Shown here piece after piece: positions 45,522-54,344 of a stretch of 64,000 bases of DNA. This stretch comes from Patescibacteria group bacterium (GTDB taxonomy: Bacteria; Patescibacteriota; Kazan-3B-28), in the NCBI GenBank assembly GCA_028717565.1, contig JAQUNP010000001.1, forward strand, positions 293,996 to 357,995, in the 5' to 3' direction. Under the pieces are notes generated by a model. That model searched no databases. It was not told the DNA's origin and saw only the letters and a program-made list of their open reading frames with translations. How positions within the stretch are numbered: the first letter of the stretch is position 1; the number at the start of each line of letters is the position of its first letter. The position numbers and the translations under genes were made by a program.

Positions 45522-45945
45522 TGATTACTTTGGTGTAGGCCTTGTTAGCTAGAGGTAGGATGACAGTCAGGATACCATCGTCAAGAGTGGCTCGGATTCT
45601 TTCGGGGTCGACCTCTTTTGGTAACTCGATAACGCGACTTAAAGGGCCCCAATGGCACTCCTGAAGATAGAAATATTCCTCTTCGTCGGACTCCTCGCGG
45701 AAACTATTTTTTGTGATGGTTAAGGTATTGTTTTCTATGGTAATGCTGATATCATCGGCATTGGCTCCAACGATAGGGGTGCGGACGATTATTTTATTAC
45801 CGGTGCGGACGAGGTCGATGGGGAGTTCTGCCCCAACCTTGTCTAAAACCTCGTCTGTGGTTTCACCGAAGGTAATACGATTGGCGTCTGCCTCCAAATT
45901 TTTGGCGAAAAAGATGTTTTTTAGCATACTATTTAGATTATACAT
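45493..45945 (-). CDS. Hsp20/alpha-crystallin small heat-shock protein
   Basis: Alpha-crystallin domain (..RVIELPKEVDPERIRATLDDGILTVILP). The start is uncertain (45987, 45945 or 45927); 45945 was chosen to leave room for divergent promoters. Confidence 0.8.
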   Translation of the reverse strand: MYNLNSMLKNIFFAKNLEADANRITFGETTDEVLDKVGAELPIDLVRTGNKIIVRTPIVGANADDISITIENNTLTITKNSFREESDEEEYFYLQECHWGPLSRVIELPKEVDPERIRATLDDGILTVILPLANKAYTKVINVRDISNES

Positions 45946-46010
45946 CCCGAGGGATTTTTTCTTTGTTATAATGTGCCTACTGTTCAATTCTTTAATGTAG
46001 GGGGACTGAT

Positions 46011-48311
46011 TTGAGAAAAATAAGCTTCATTTTGGGTATGGCTCTGGTGGCGACTATGTTGCCAACGCAAGTTTTGGCAAGCGCTTTTAGTGCGCAGCTT
46101 ATTTCAGTGTCTCCTACGACATCAGTGAAAGCCGGAACGACCACCCAGGTGCAGATACAAATCAAGAACACGGGGACAACCACGTGGGTCAACAGCGGAG
46201 CCAATGCGGTCAAACTTGGTACGATTGAGCCCCGGGATCGGGTTGGAAAGTTGTATCACGGAAGCTGGCTTAGTCCTAATCGAGCAGCCACGATGCAAGA
46301 AGTGACTGTGGCTGGCGGCGAGGTGGCAACATTTACTTTTGATGTTACGGCTGTTGGTGCCGGGCAAGTTACAGAAAAACTCGGTCTGGTAGCAGAGGGG
46401 GTTACATGGTTTGATGGTTTCTCGGTATCCATTACATTGCAGGTGCAACCAGCAGTTTGGAAGGCGGCCTTGGTGCAGCAATCTGCTTCCAACGTGTCGC
46501 TTAAATCTGGTGAGGTAGGGGAGCTATCAGTACAAATTAGAAATGATGGTGATGTGGCTTGGCAAAATATTGGGGCTTTTGCAGTGAAAGTGGGGACGGC
46601 GTCTCCGGTGGATAGAAAAAGTAGTTTTGTGTCGGCCTCTTGGCTTAGTCCAAATCGAGTCAGCTCGGCCGAGATGATTGTGGCTCCAGGTGAAACGGGA
46701 ACGTTTAAGCTAAATTTGCAAGCACCCATCAAAACCGGGACTTATGTGGAAAAATTTGCTTTGGTGGCCGAGGGGATTACATGGTTTGATGTCAATTTCT
46801 CTGTGACAATCAACGTGGTGCCAGCCATTTATAGCGCGGAGTATGTAGGTCAATCGGCTAGTTCTTTATCTTTGACTTCTGGGCAGACAGCGACGGTTTG
46901 GGTAGATTTTAAAAACTCCGGAAATACTATTTGGAGATCAAGTGGCGATACCATGGCGAAGCTGGGCACGGCTAGAAATTTAGATAGACAAAGTGTGTTT
47001 TATGATAGTAGTTGGTTAAGTCCAAACCGGGCTGCAACTTTTTTGCAGGCCGAAGTGAAGCCGGGTGAAGTGGCTAGATTTACGTTTGTGGTGAGGGCGC
47101 CTGATAGAGTGGGAGAAAACTTTAAAGAGTATTTCCGCCCGGTGATTGAAGGGGTAGCGTGGCTACCGGACTTGGGCGTTTATTTTGATATTTCTATAGA
47201 CGAAGAATTAGCATTGGTAGATCCAATTCGGGTAGGGCTGACCTCCACCACCGACAGCGTAACGGTGCAGGGCAGCAGTTTTGTGATTCGTCGGGGAACT
47301 GACAAGGGCTTGGTTGGTACGTATCAGAACCAGGCGGTAGCGATTGCGCCGTTGGGTTATGGTTATAGCATTAACGGTCAAAGTGTTTCTGACTGGGTGA
47401 GAGTGATCCCTCTTAACAACTCTGTTTTAACGGTTAATACCAGCGGGATCGGTAGCTATAACACTTTTCGTGGGATGATTTTGGTGCGACGCTCGCCGGT
47501 AACTAATAATATCTGGGTGGTCAATGAATTGAGTTTGGATGACTATACAAAAGGCATCGCCGAAGTCCCGAATAGTTTCCCATTAGAGGCCCAAAAGGCA
47601 CAAATGGTTGCGGCTAGGACGTTTGCTGTAAAAAAACGGAGTGAAAGTACGTCGTCGGACATCTTCGATGTGTATGACGATACCCGCCACCAAGTTTACT
47701 ATGGGTACAATTATGAAAAAGATAGACCTAGTTTAGTGGCCGCCTCCGAGAATACTAAGGGAATGGTTATAAAGTACCAAGGGCAGCCTATTAACGCCTA
47801 CTATTTTTCGGATAGCGGTGGATATACTTCAAATGTAGAGTGGGTTTGGGGCGGTAATCCAATTCCATATTTGAAAGGAGTGCCTGATCCTTGGGCTAAG
47901 TCAGATACTTGGACATATACCCTGCAACAGGATTATCTCAAGAGCCGCTTCGATGATACATTAGGCATCTCTGCGGTGGGCGGGGACACTATCGAGGACA
48001 TTCAAGTGGCAGAACGGTATCCCTCCAACTGGGCCAAAATGATTGTTTTTTCTTTGTCCAATGGTCGGGTGGTCTCGGTTCCAGTAAAAACTTTTGATTA
48101 CTTAACTAGTAATTCGGAACTTCGGAGTATGAATTTTGAAGTAAAGAAGATTAATGATTTTGGGCAAACTGCCTTTGTATTTACTGGCAGAGGCTGGGGC
48201 CACAATATCGGTATGCCACAGTGGGGAGCAAAAAATATGGCCGATGCAGGTAAAACCTATCAAGAGATTCTGACTTACTACTATACTGGTGTGACAGTGG
48301 GACCTGTTTAG
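46011..48311 (+). CDS. SpoIID/LytB-domain protein with three N-terminal Ig-like repeats
   Basis: 766 aa. TTG start 5 nt after AGGGGGA. Signal peptide. Three repeats of about 123 aa. C-terminal SpoIID region (AQKAQMVAARTFA, YYFSDSGGYTSN). Confidence 0.85.
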   Translation: MRKISFILGMALVATMLPTQVLASAFSAQLISVSPTTSVKAGTTTQVQIQIKNTGTTTWVNSGANAVKLGTIEPRDRVGKLYHGSWLSPNRAATMQEVTVAGGEVATFTFDVTAVGAGQVTEKLGLVAEGVTWFDGFSVSITLQVQPAVWKAALVQQSASNVSLKSGEVGELSVQIRNDGDVAWQNIGAFAVKVGTASPVDRKSSFVSASWLSPNRVSSAEMIVAPGETGTFKLNLQAPIKTGTYVEKFALVAEGITWFDVNFSVTINVVPAIYSAEYVGQSASSLSLTSGQTATVWVDFKNSGNTIWRSSGDTMAKLGTARNLDRQSVFYDSSWLSPNRAATFLQAEVKPGEVARFTFVVRAPDRVGENFKEYFRPVIEGVAWLPDLGVYFDISIDEELALVDPIRVGLTSTTDSVTVQGSSFVIRRGTDKGLVGTYQNQAVAIAPLGYGYSINGQSVSDWVRVIPLNNSVLTVNTSGIGSYNTFRGMILVRRSPVTNNIWVVNELSLDDYTKGIAEVPNSFPLEAQKAQMVAARTFAVKKRSESTSSDIFDVYDDTRHQVYYGYNYEKDRPSLVAASENTKGMVIKYQGQPINAYYFSDSGGYTSNVEWVWGGNPIPYLKGVPDPWAKSDTWTYTLQQDYLKSRFDDTLGISAVGGDTIEDIQVAERYPSNWAKMIVFSLSNGRVVSVPVKTFDYLTSNSELRSMNFEVKKINDFGQTAFVFTGRGWGHNIGMPQWGAKNMADAGKTYQEILTYYYTGVTVGPV
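46080..47210 (+). repeat. Three tandem intragenic domain repeats of about 370 nt each
   Basis: Recurrent pattern Q.S....L.SG......V...N.G...W......KLGT..P.DR.S.F...SWLSPNR......V.PGE...F.F...AP......E.F..V.EG..WF. Boundaries are approximate. Confidence 0.7.
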
Positions 48312-48357
48312 GACAGTTGCGAAATTTATTAAGGAGGGGATAGCGCCATCGGCTTGT

Positions 48358-48975
48358 GTGCAGTGTGGCCGGCTTGGTGTGTGGGTGTGTTATGAGTGTG
48401 CTAAACAAATCTTGCTTGTTCACAAACAACGGTGTTTTTTATGTGGAGCTTTAAGTGAGCGAGGTCGAACTTGCCCGAACTGTCGACGCAAGACCTATCT
48501 AGATGGGTTGGTGGTGGCTGCCTATTTTGACAGGGGTCCAATACGAGAGATGATCCATGCTTTGAAATATCAAAATACCAAAGAAATTGCGGAAATCTTG
48601 GGTCATCTGTGCCGATATGGTCTGGAGCATGTATATCAATTTGATAGAAGGTCAGTGATGATAGTGCCAGTACCCCTACACCCGAGGCGTTTGGTAATGC
48701 GGGGCTATAACCAGGCCGAGCTACTAGCTTCATATCTAGGCGATGTACACAACGTATTGAAGCGAACCAGACGCACCTTGTCTCAGACAGGGCTGAGCCG
48801 AGCCAGAAGGGTGGCTAATGTAGCCAGTGCTTTTGTCTGTGTGCGGCCAGTTGCGAGCGAGATTGTGTTGGTGGATGATGTGGCGACTACTGGCGCAACC
48901 TTAAATGAATGTGCCAAGGTTTTGAAGGATGCTGGAGCTAGACGAGTGTGGGGACTAGTGGTGGCTCGGGGATGA
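48358..48975 (+). CDS. comF: ComF-family phosphoribosyltransferase-domain protein
   Basis: 205 aa from a GTG start. Four CxxC pairs near the N-terminus. PRTase motif VLVDDVATTGATL. The N-terminus may extend upstream, since no in-frame stop occurs back to about 48301. Confidence 0.8.
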   Translation: MQCGRLGVWVCYECAKQILLVHKQRCFLCGALSERGRTCPNCRRKTYLDGLVVAAYFDRGPIREMIHALKYQNTKEIAEILGHLCRYGLEHVYQFDRRSVMIVPVPLHPRRLVMRGYNQAELLASYLGDVHNVLKRTRRTLSQTGLSRARRVANVASAFVCVRPVASEIVLVDDVATTGATLNECAKVLKDAGARRVWGLVVARG

Positions 48976-48981
48976 TATAAT
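48973..48981 (+). promoter_or_regulatory. Extended -10 promoter (TGATATAAT) 7 nt upstream of the PMM start codon
   Basis: The TG is part of the comF TGA stop. TATAAT lies at 48976-48981 and the ATG at 48989, which implies a leaderless or near-leaderless mRNA. Confidence 0.5.
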
Positions 48982-48988
48982 AGACGGC

Positions 48989-50356
48989 ATGGATAAGAGT
49001 ATCTTTCGTGCCTATGATATTCGGGGGGTTTACCCGAGCGAGCTGAATGAAGCGGACGCTTACCGAATCGCACACGGGATTTTCGAATATCTGGGCGCTC
49101 CTAAAGTCGTGGCATTGGGGCACGATGCGCGTTTAGCGGCTCCGGCGATTCATGGGGCGATGGCACAGGCCTTTATTGAGTTGGGGGCTAAGGTTTTAAA
49201 CCTGGGCCTGGTTTCAAGTGATGTGCGTACCTTCGTGACTGGTCGGGGAGTGTGCGATGCGGCTGTGATTGTGACAGCTTCTCATAACCCAAAGGAGTGG
49301 ATCGGCATGAAGGTGTCTCGATCCGGAGGTAGGGAAGTGGGTGGCGGTGGCGAGATCCAGGAGATTCAAGCTATAGTTGAAACCAACTATCTAGATAAAA
49401 AATATGTGGCCAGAACTTATAATTTTGAGGGCTTAAATATTTTGCCAGATTGGATTGAACATGTTTTAAGCCAAGTGGACAAAAAAAAGATTAAACCGTT
49501 TAAGATAGTAGTAGATGCGGGAAACGGAGTGGCTGGGCCAATAGTGAGGGAATTGGCGCAGTCACTTTCTTTGCGTGTGGAAGAGATGTATTTTGAGCCG
49601 GACGGCAACTTCCCCAATCATTTGCCAAGTCCCATTGAGCCAGAAAATGTAGCGGATTTACAAAAGCGAGTGACAGAAACTGGTGCAGATTTGGGGATGG
49701 CTTTTGATGGTGATGCGGATAGGATTTTTCTGATTGATGAAAAAGGGGGCATTGTAACAGGTAGTGAAACGACAGCGATGTTGTTGGACGCGATTTTGAC
49801 ACAAGACCCAACGAGAGTGGTTTTGTATAATGCGGTTTGTGGTTGGAATGTGCAAGATGTGGTTCAAAAACATGGCGCTACTGCATATCGGACCAAGGTG
49901 GGCCATGGTTTTATAAAAAAGGATATGGAAAAATATGATGCCTATTTTGCCGGAGAGCATTCGGGTCATTATTTTTTCCGAAATAGTTTTAACGCTGACT
50001 CGGGTTTGGTCGCGGCGGTAATGATTTTGGAGTTGTTGTCTACAAAAGGACAGACATTGACCGAACTTTTGCACGAACATAGAAAATACTACTCAATTCC
50101 TGAAACAAATTTCAAAGTTCGGAGCGTGGAAGAAGTTTTGATGAAGCTGGAGGCTGAATTTAGAGATGCTGAAATCGACAAATTGGATGGACTGACCATC
50201 CGGACGCAGGACTGGTGGTGTAGTATCAGGCCGAGCTCCAATGAGCCGCTACTGCGGTTAAATTTGGAAGCTAGAACCAGATTGGATTTAGACAATATGC
50301 AAAAGCGACTGACGGATCTCATTTGTCAATTCGAACCTTGCGAGGCGGCAACCTAG
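48989..50356 (+). CDS. Phosphomannomutase/phosphoglucomutase
   Basis: 455 aa. Active-site TASHNP and metal loop FDGDADR. Confidence 0.92.
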   Translation: MDKSIFRAYDIRGVYPSELNEADAYRIAHGIFEYLGAPKVVALGHDARLAAPAIHGAMAQAFIELGAKVLNLGLVSSDVRTFVTGRGVCDAAVIVTASHNPKEWIGMKVSRSGGREVGGGGEIQEIQAIVETNYLDKKYVARTYNFEGLNILPDWIEHVLSQVDKKKIKPFKIVVDAGNGVAGPIVRELAQSLSLRVEEMYFEPDGNFPNHLPSPIEPENVADLQKRVTETGADLGMAFDGDADRIFLIDEKGGIVTGSETTAMLLDAILTQDPTRVVLYNAVCGWNVQDVVQKHGATAYRTKVGHGFIKKDMEKYDAYFAGEHSGHYFFRNSFNADSGLVAAVMILELLSTKGQTLTELLHEHRKYYSIPETNFKVRSVEEVLMKLEAEFRDAEIDKLDGLTIRTQDWWCSIRPSSNEPLLRLNLEARTRLDLDNMQKRLTDLICQFEPCEAAT

Positions 50357-50401
50357 GATCTTCTCATCAATTTATCGTATGCCTTCCTCTTCCTCAAAAC
50401 A

Positions 50402-50426
50402 GGCTCCAGTTTCTTCCGCTGGGGCC
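50402..50426. terminator. Hairpin between convergent PMM and trpS genes
   Basis: GGCTCCAG-tttcttccg-CTGGGGCC (8 bp with one G.U pair). The minus strand follows with TGTTTTG and the plus strand with TACCTTTTTG. Confidence 0.4.
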
Positions 50427-51424
50427 TACCTTTTTGTGACGAGGCCAACTTTTTTGTAGGCCTCTTTTAATTTTAGATCAGCTATTTGATTGGCCTGCCT
50501 GGCTCCTTGGGCTAGAATCTTGTCGAGCCGGGGGGTGTTTTTCATATAGGCATTGATCTGGGTCTGCATGGGTGAGAGGGTCTTGATGATTAATTCGGCT
50601 AATTCTTGTTTGAATTGACCATAGCCCTTGTTTAGGAAGTGTTTTTCGATCTGTTTCTCACCTTGACCGGAGAGCACTTGATAAATAGTCAGCAGGTTGT
50701 ACAGGCCCTTGTGTTTTTTATTGAACACAATATTGCGTCCTGAATCGGTAACAGCGCTCATGATTTTTTTGCGAATGATATCCGGTGAGTCAGTGATTAA
50801 AATATAGCCCCTGTCGCTATCATCGCTTTTACTCATTTTTTTGTCTGGGTTCTGTAGATCCATAATCCGAGCTCCGCTATCACGAATCAGCGGTTTGGGC
50901 ACAACAAAAGTTTTGCCGAATCGATGGTTGAATTTTTGTGCCAGATCACGAGCTAGTTCAACATGCTGTTTTTGGTCGTCTCCCACGGGGACAACATGGG
51001 CATCGTATAGCAAAATGTCAGCCGCCATTAACGTGGGGTAGGTAAAAAGTCCAGCGCCGATACTAGTTTTACTGGTTTTGGCTGCAGCATCTTTAAATTG
51101 AGTCATCCGAGAAAGTTCGCCCATAGTGGATTGGGTGTTGATGAGCCATGCCAATTCAGAATGGGCAGGGACATGGGACTGGACAAAGATCACGGATTTT
51201 TTGGGGTCAATCCCAGCCGCTAACATGATGGCGGTGGTGAGATAGGTGCGGTATCGTAACTCCTTGGGGTCTTGGGACACGGTAATAGCATGTAGGTCCA
51301 CTACAGAGAAGAAGCATCGATATTTTTGCTGAAGCTCGGCCCACTTTGAGATGGCCCCTACATAGTTGCCTAGTGTAGGAACCCCACTTGGTTTGATACC
51401 GGAAAAGATGATTTCTTTGGCCAT
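50426..51424 (-). CDS. trpS: Tryptophanyl-tRNA synthetase
   Basis: Start moved to M22 (MAKEIIFSGIKPSG..TLGNYVGA). KMSKS is present. Confidence 0.93.
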   Translation of the reverse strand: MAKEIIFSGIKPSGVPTLGNYVGAISKWAELQQKYRCFFSVVDLHAITVSQDPKELRYRTYLTTAIMLAAGIDPKKSVIFVQSHVPAHSELAWLINTQSTMGELSRMTQFKDAAAKTSKTSIGAGLFTYPTLMAADILLYDAHVVPVGDDQKQHVELARDLAQKFNHRFGKTFVVPKPLIRDSGARIMDLQNPDKKMSKSDDSDRGYILITDSPDIIRKKIMSAVTDSGRNIVFNKKHKGLYNLLTIYQVLSGQGEKQIEKHFLNKGYGQFKQELAELIIKTLSPMQTQINAYMKNTPRLDKILAQGARQANQIADLKLKEAYKKVGLVTKR

Positions 51425-51534
51425 AATTTTTTTATTTAGATTAGGAGTCCCTTGGCTTGTGCTCGGGGCGGCAGCAAATGCTACCATTGTTTAGTATCTA
51501 CCCTTTACGATACCATAGAGAGGATCTTAGAAAT

Positions 51535-52422
51535 ATGAAATCCATGCTCATTCCTCTGGTTTTCTTTTCGCAGTTCAAACGGCCGCTGACACTGAAACAA
51601 ATCCGGCGCTACACATGGGGGGAAGAGCGAAGCGAAGTCGATTTGAGGCGGATATTAAAAAGGACCGGTATTAAACAGTCCGGCGATTTCTATTGTCTGG
51701 ACGAGTATCATGTGTTGGAGGTAAGACCACGGCAAAAATTGGCCGAGAAATTTTGGAGACAGGTTAGAAAATACGAGTGGCTGTTTGCTAATGTGCCGTT
51801 TATTAAAATGGTGGCGGTTAGCAATACTTTGTCTTATGACAACGTGACCGAGAACTCTGATATTGATCTATTCGTGGTAGCTGCCAATGGTCGGGTTTGG
51901 ACGGTTAGAGCATGGTTGCTACTTTGGATGACAATCTTGAGGATCAGAGTGCGTTCACCGAAAAAATTCCTGAAGTTTTCTCCTGAAATGTTTGTGGATG
52001 AAAGTGCAATGGACCTGTCCAAATGCGCTCTGGCCAATGACTACCATTTGGCGTATTGGGTGGCGGATTTTGTACCGGTGTGGCGAGCAGATTTTTTTGA
52101 TAGGTTCTGGAAGAGCAATTATTGGCTAAAAAACCAATTACCAGTAGCATTTAGAAGCCCGAATTTGAGGCAAGAATTTGTCAAAAAGGATTGCTCGTCT
52201 TGGTTCGCTTGGGGTCTAGAGAAGATTTTGGGTGGAAGCTTTGGTGATAGGATAGAGATGTGGGCTAAGCGGCGTCAGACCAAGATTATTGAGAAAAGCC
52301 GTGAACGGTTGGGTATTAATCCTAGCGTGATACTCGATGACAATGTAATAAAGGTTCATTTTAATGACAAACGCGCTGAAAGCAGGGAGTTTATTGAGGA
52401 CTGGTTGGCTAGAAACGGCTGA
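51535..52422 (+). CDS. Hypothetical protein with possible Pol-beta-type nucleotidyltransferase motif
   Basis: Start moved to M27. AVSNTLSYDNVTENSDIDLFVV resembles the G/S-x(n)-DxD NTase signature. Otherwise unrecognised. Confidence 0.4.
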   Translation: MKSMLIPLVFFSQFKRPLTLKQIRRYTWGEERSEVDLRRILKRTGIKQSGDFYCLDEYHVLEVRPRQKLAEKFWRQVRKYEWLFANVPFIKMVAVSNTLSYDNVTENSDIDLFVVAANGRVWTVRAWLLLWMTILRIRVRSPKKFLKFSPEMFVDESAMDLSKCALANDYHLAYWVADFVPVWRADFFDRFWKSNYWLKNQLPVAFRSPNLRQEFVKKDCSSWFAWGLEKILGGSFGDRIEMWAKRRQTKIIEKSRERLGINPSVILDDNVIKVHFNDKRAESREFIEDWLARNG

Positions 52423-53695
52423 ATCGTTGCTTTTATGGTTGGGGCTTTTTTTGCTGCCATGGCAGTGGCGGACATCTGTGGTCACGGCTTCGTTGGGTGG
52501 CGCATTTTTTGAGTATGGCTCTATTTTTCTCTACGCCAGCGATATAGTTGTGGCTCTGTTGTTAATAGTGTGGCTGGCTGGGGGAACAAAGAAAATAAAA
52601 TTGGCGCCCCAAGGAGTGCTGGTGCCTTTGGGGTTGTTAATTGTTTGGATGGGGCTGTCGATAATTTGGGCTCAAGATAGAGAGGTTGTCCTGACTACTT
52701 TTTTACACTGGGCATTGTGGGGAGGGTGGTTGTTGTATTTAATCAATCGGGTCAAAAATCTGGAACAGATTTTATGGCCGTTGGTGTGGGGGTTAGCGTT
52801 CCAAGCTATTTGGGGTGTGGGGCAGTTTGTATTGAATGGCTCTTTTAGTTTTTTGACTAATGTTGATATTTTTACAGAGCCAAATTTAAATCCGGCGGTA
52901 TCGGGAGTGCCGGTGGTGATAGTGGATGGCTTACGGCAACTGCGGGCTCACGGGATGTTGCCACATGCGAATATCTTCGGTGGTTTAATGGCGGCCGGTG
53001 TCGGCGCGGCAGTTTATTTGGGATGTTTCAATAAAAACGCTCGATGGCTGATAGCCCCATTGGCGATAGCTGGCATCTTAAGTTTTTCTCGTTCAGGATG
53101 GCTGGCGTTGGTCTTGGTGGGGATAGCGATTTTGGGGATGGTGATTTGGACGAAGCGACGTGTCTTGGTGAGTAGTTTGGTTGTGTTGGCAGTCAGTGTT
53201 GTGGTAGTTGGCTTATGGCAGGCTCCAGCAGTGATGAGCCGCTTTGATATGACACAATCTCTAGAACAACGCTCATGGGATGAGCGAGTGGAGGGTTTGC
53301 AAGTGTGGCAGGAAGTAACTGGGGGTGTCTTGTTGACGGGAGTGGGAGCGGGCAACTATCCGGTTTATTTGGTTCGGCAAGTGTCCGATCAGCCGAGCTG
53401 GTGGTATCAGCCGGTACACAATGCGTATCTTGTAATGCTTGGTGAGCTCGGTTGGGTGGGGTTAGCTTTGTTCGTGTCGTTAATACTGGGGATGATGACT
53501 CTGCAATGGAAAATGCTTAAGCAAAAAAGCTGGTGCTGGTTGTCAGTAGTACCCCTAGCCGTTTGGTTAGTGGTGGGTTTCTTTGATCACTGGCCAGTCG
53601 TTTTACATCAAGGAGCTATGCTGCTATTTGTAGCTGTGGCATTGATAATTTTGAGTTTTAATGTATCTTTAAAGGAGATAAATAAGGAGGGATAG
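52364..53695 (+). CDS. O-antigen ligase/Wzy_C-like polytopic membrane protein (third copy in window)
   Basis: 443 aa polytopic protein. SFSRSGWLAL and VHNAYLVMLGELGWVGL motifs. 59-nt overlap with the upstream ORF. Confidence 0.7.
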   Translation: MTNALKAGSLLRTGWLETAESLLLWLGLFLLPWQWRTSVVTASLGGAFFEYGSIFLYASDIVVALLLIVWLAGGTKKIKLAPQGVLVPLGLLIVWMGLSIIWAQDREVVLTTFLHWALWGGWLLYLINRVKNLEQILWPLVWGLAFQAIWGVGQFVLNGSFSFLTNVDIFTEPNLNPAVSGVPVVIVDGLRQLRAHGMLPHANIFGGLMAAGVGAAVYLGCFNKNARWLIAPLAIAGILSFSRSGWLALVLVGIAILGMVIWTKRRVLVSSLVVLAVSVVVVGLWQAPAVMSRFDMTQSLEQRSWDERVEGLQVWQEVTGGVLLTGVGAGNYPVYLVRQVSDQPSWWYQPVHNAYLVMLGELGWVGLALFVSLILGMMTLQWKMLKQKSWCWLSVVPLAVWLVVGFFDHWPVVLHQGAMLLFVAVALIILSFNVSLKEINKEG

Positions 53696-53700
53696 AGCTC

Positions 53701-54087
53701 ATGGAAGAAGAACGCGTTCAACAAGAAGTAGTGAGTAATCGCAGACCAAGTAGTGAGGACAAGGTTTTCGCAGCACTGTCATATGTGTCGATTCTCTTTT
53801 TAGTGCCACTTATCCTGCGCAGAGATAGTCGCTTTGTTTATTTTCATGCTCGACAAGGGATGGCACTATTTGTCTTAGAGATTTTTGCTTGGATAGTGCT
53901 CTCGGTTTTGGGTTCACTTTTGACTGCTATTACACCGTATGGCGCTTGGGCTTTCATTTCGTTTTTGAATACTTTGATAGGGTGGGCTTTTGTGGTAATT
54001 TCGGTGATAGGTATTTACTATGCTTGGACGGGTAGCGAATGGGAGATGCCGGTTCTGGGTAAGTACGCCAAGAAGCTACGCGTATAA
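53701..54087 (+). CDS. DUF4870-like small membrane protein
   Basis: 128 aa. ALSYVSILFLVPLIL..DSRFVYFHARQGMALFVLE pattern. Confidence 0.65.
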   Translation: MEEERVQQEVVSNRRPSSEDKVFAALSYVSILFLVPLILRRDSRFVYFHARQGMALFVLEIFAWIVLSVLGSLLTAITPYGAWAFISFLNTLIGWAFVVISVIGIYYAWTGSEWEMPVLGKYAKKLRV

Positions 54088-54097
54088 AAATAGTCGA

Positions 54098-54144
54098 GGG
54101 CCGTTGGCTCAGCCCCAAAGGGGACCCCTTGGGTTTGGTAGAGC
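54098..54144 (+). pseudogene. 5' fragment of tRNA-Ala interrupted by the 22-nt palindromic element
   Basis: GGGCCGTTGGCTCAG (54098-54112) and TTGGTAGAGC (54135-54144) together equal the first 25 nt of the intact tRNA at 54193. They are split by CCCCAAAGGGGACCCCTTGGGT (54113-54134). Confidence 0.85.
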
Positions 54145-54192
54145 AATTGACGATAGAGCTCTGGTGTTTTAAATTATTGGGGACAAAAGTAT

Positions 54193-54268
54193 GGGCCGTT
54201 GGCTCAGTTGGTAGAGCGCCTCCATGGCATGGAGGAGGTCACCGGTTCGAATCCGGTACGGTCCACCA
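54193..54268 (+). tRNA. tRNA-Ala (anticodon GGC), CCA encoded
   Basis: Acceptor GGGCCGT/ACGGTCC with G3:U70, anticodon stem CCTCC/GGAGG with loop ATGGCAT, T-arm ACCGGTTCGAATCCGGT. Confidence 0.93.
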
Positions 54269-54331
54269 GTCTTCGTTCCGGCTTACCGGAACTTCGCCTG
54301 GCTCGGCCGACAACCCCTAGGGGAGCCGTTT

Positions 54332-54340
54332 TGATATAAT
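54332..54340 (+). promoter_or_regulatory. Extended -10 element TGATATAAT
   Basis: Identical 12-mer TGATATAATAGA to the one at 48973-48984. Only 4 nt separate it from the ATG at 54345. Confidence 0.45.
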
Positions 54341-54344
54341 AGAA

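Noticed and set aside
54129-54320. Track ORF (63 aa) with a TTG start.
   Set aside because: It runs straight through the tRNA-Ala gene.
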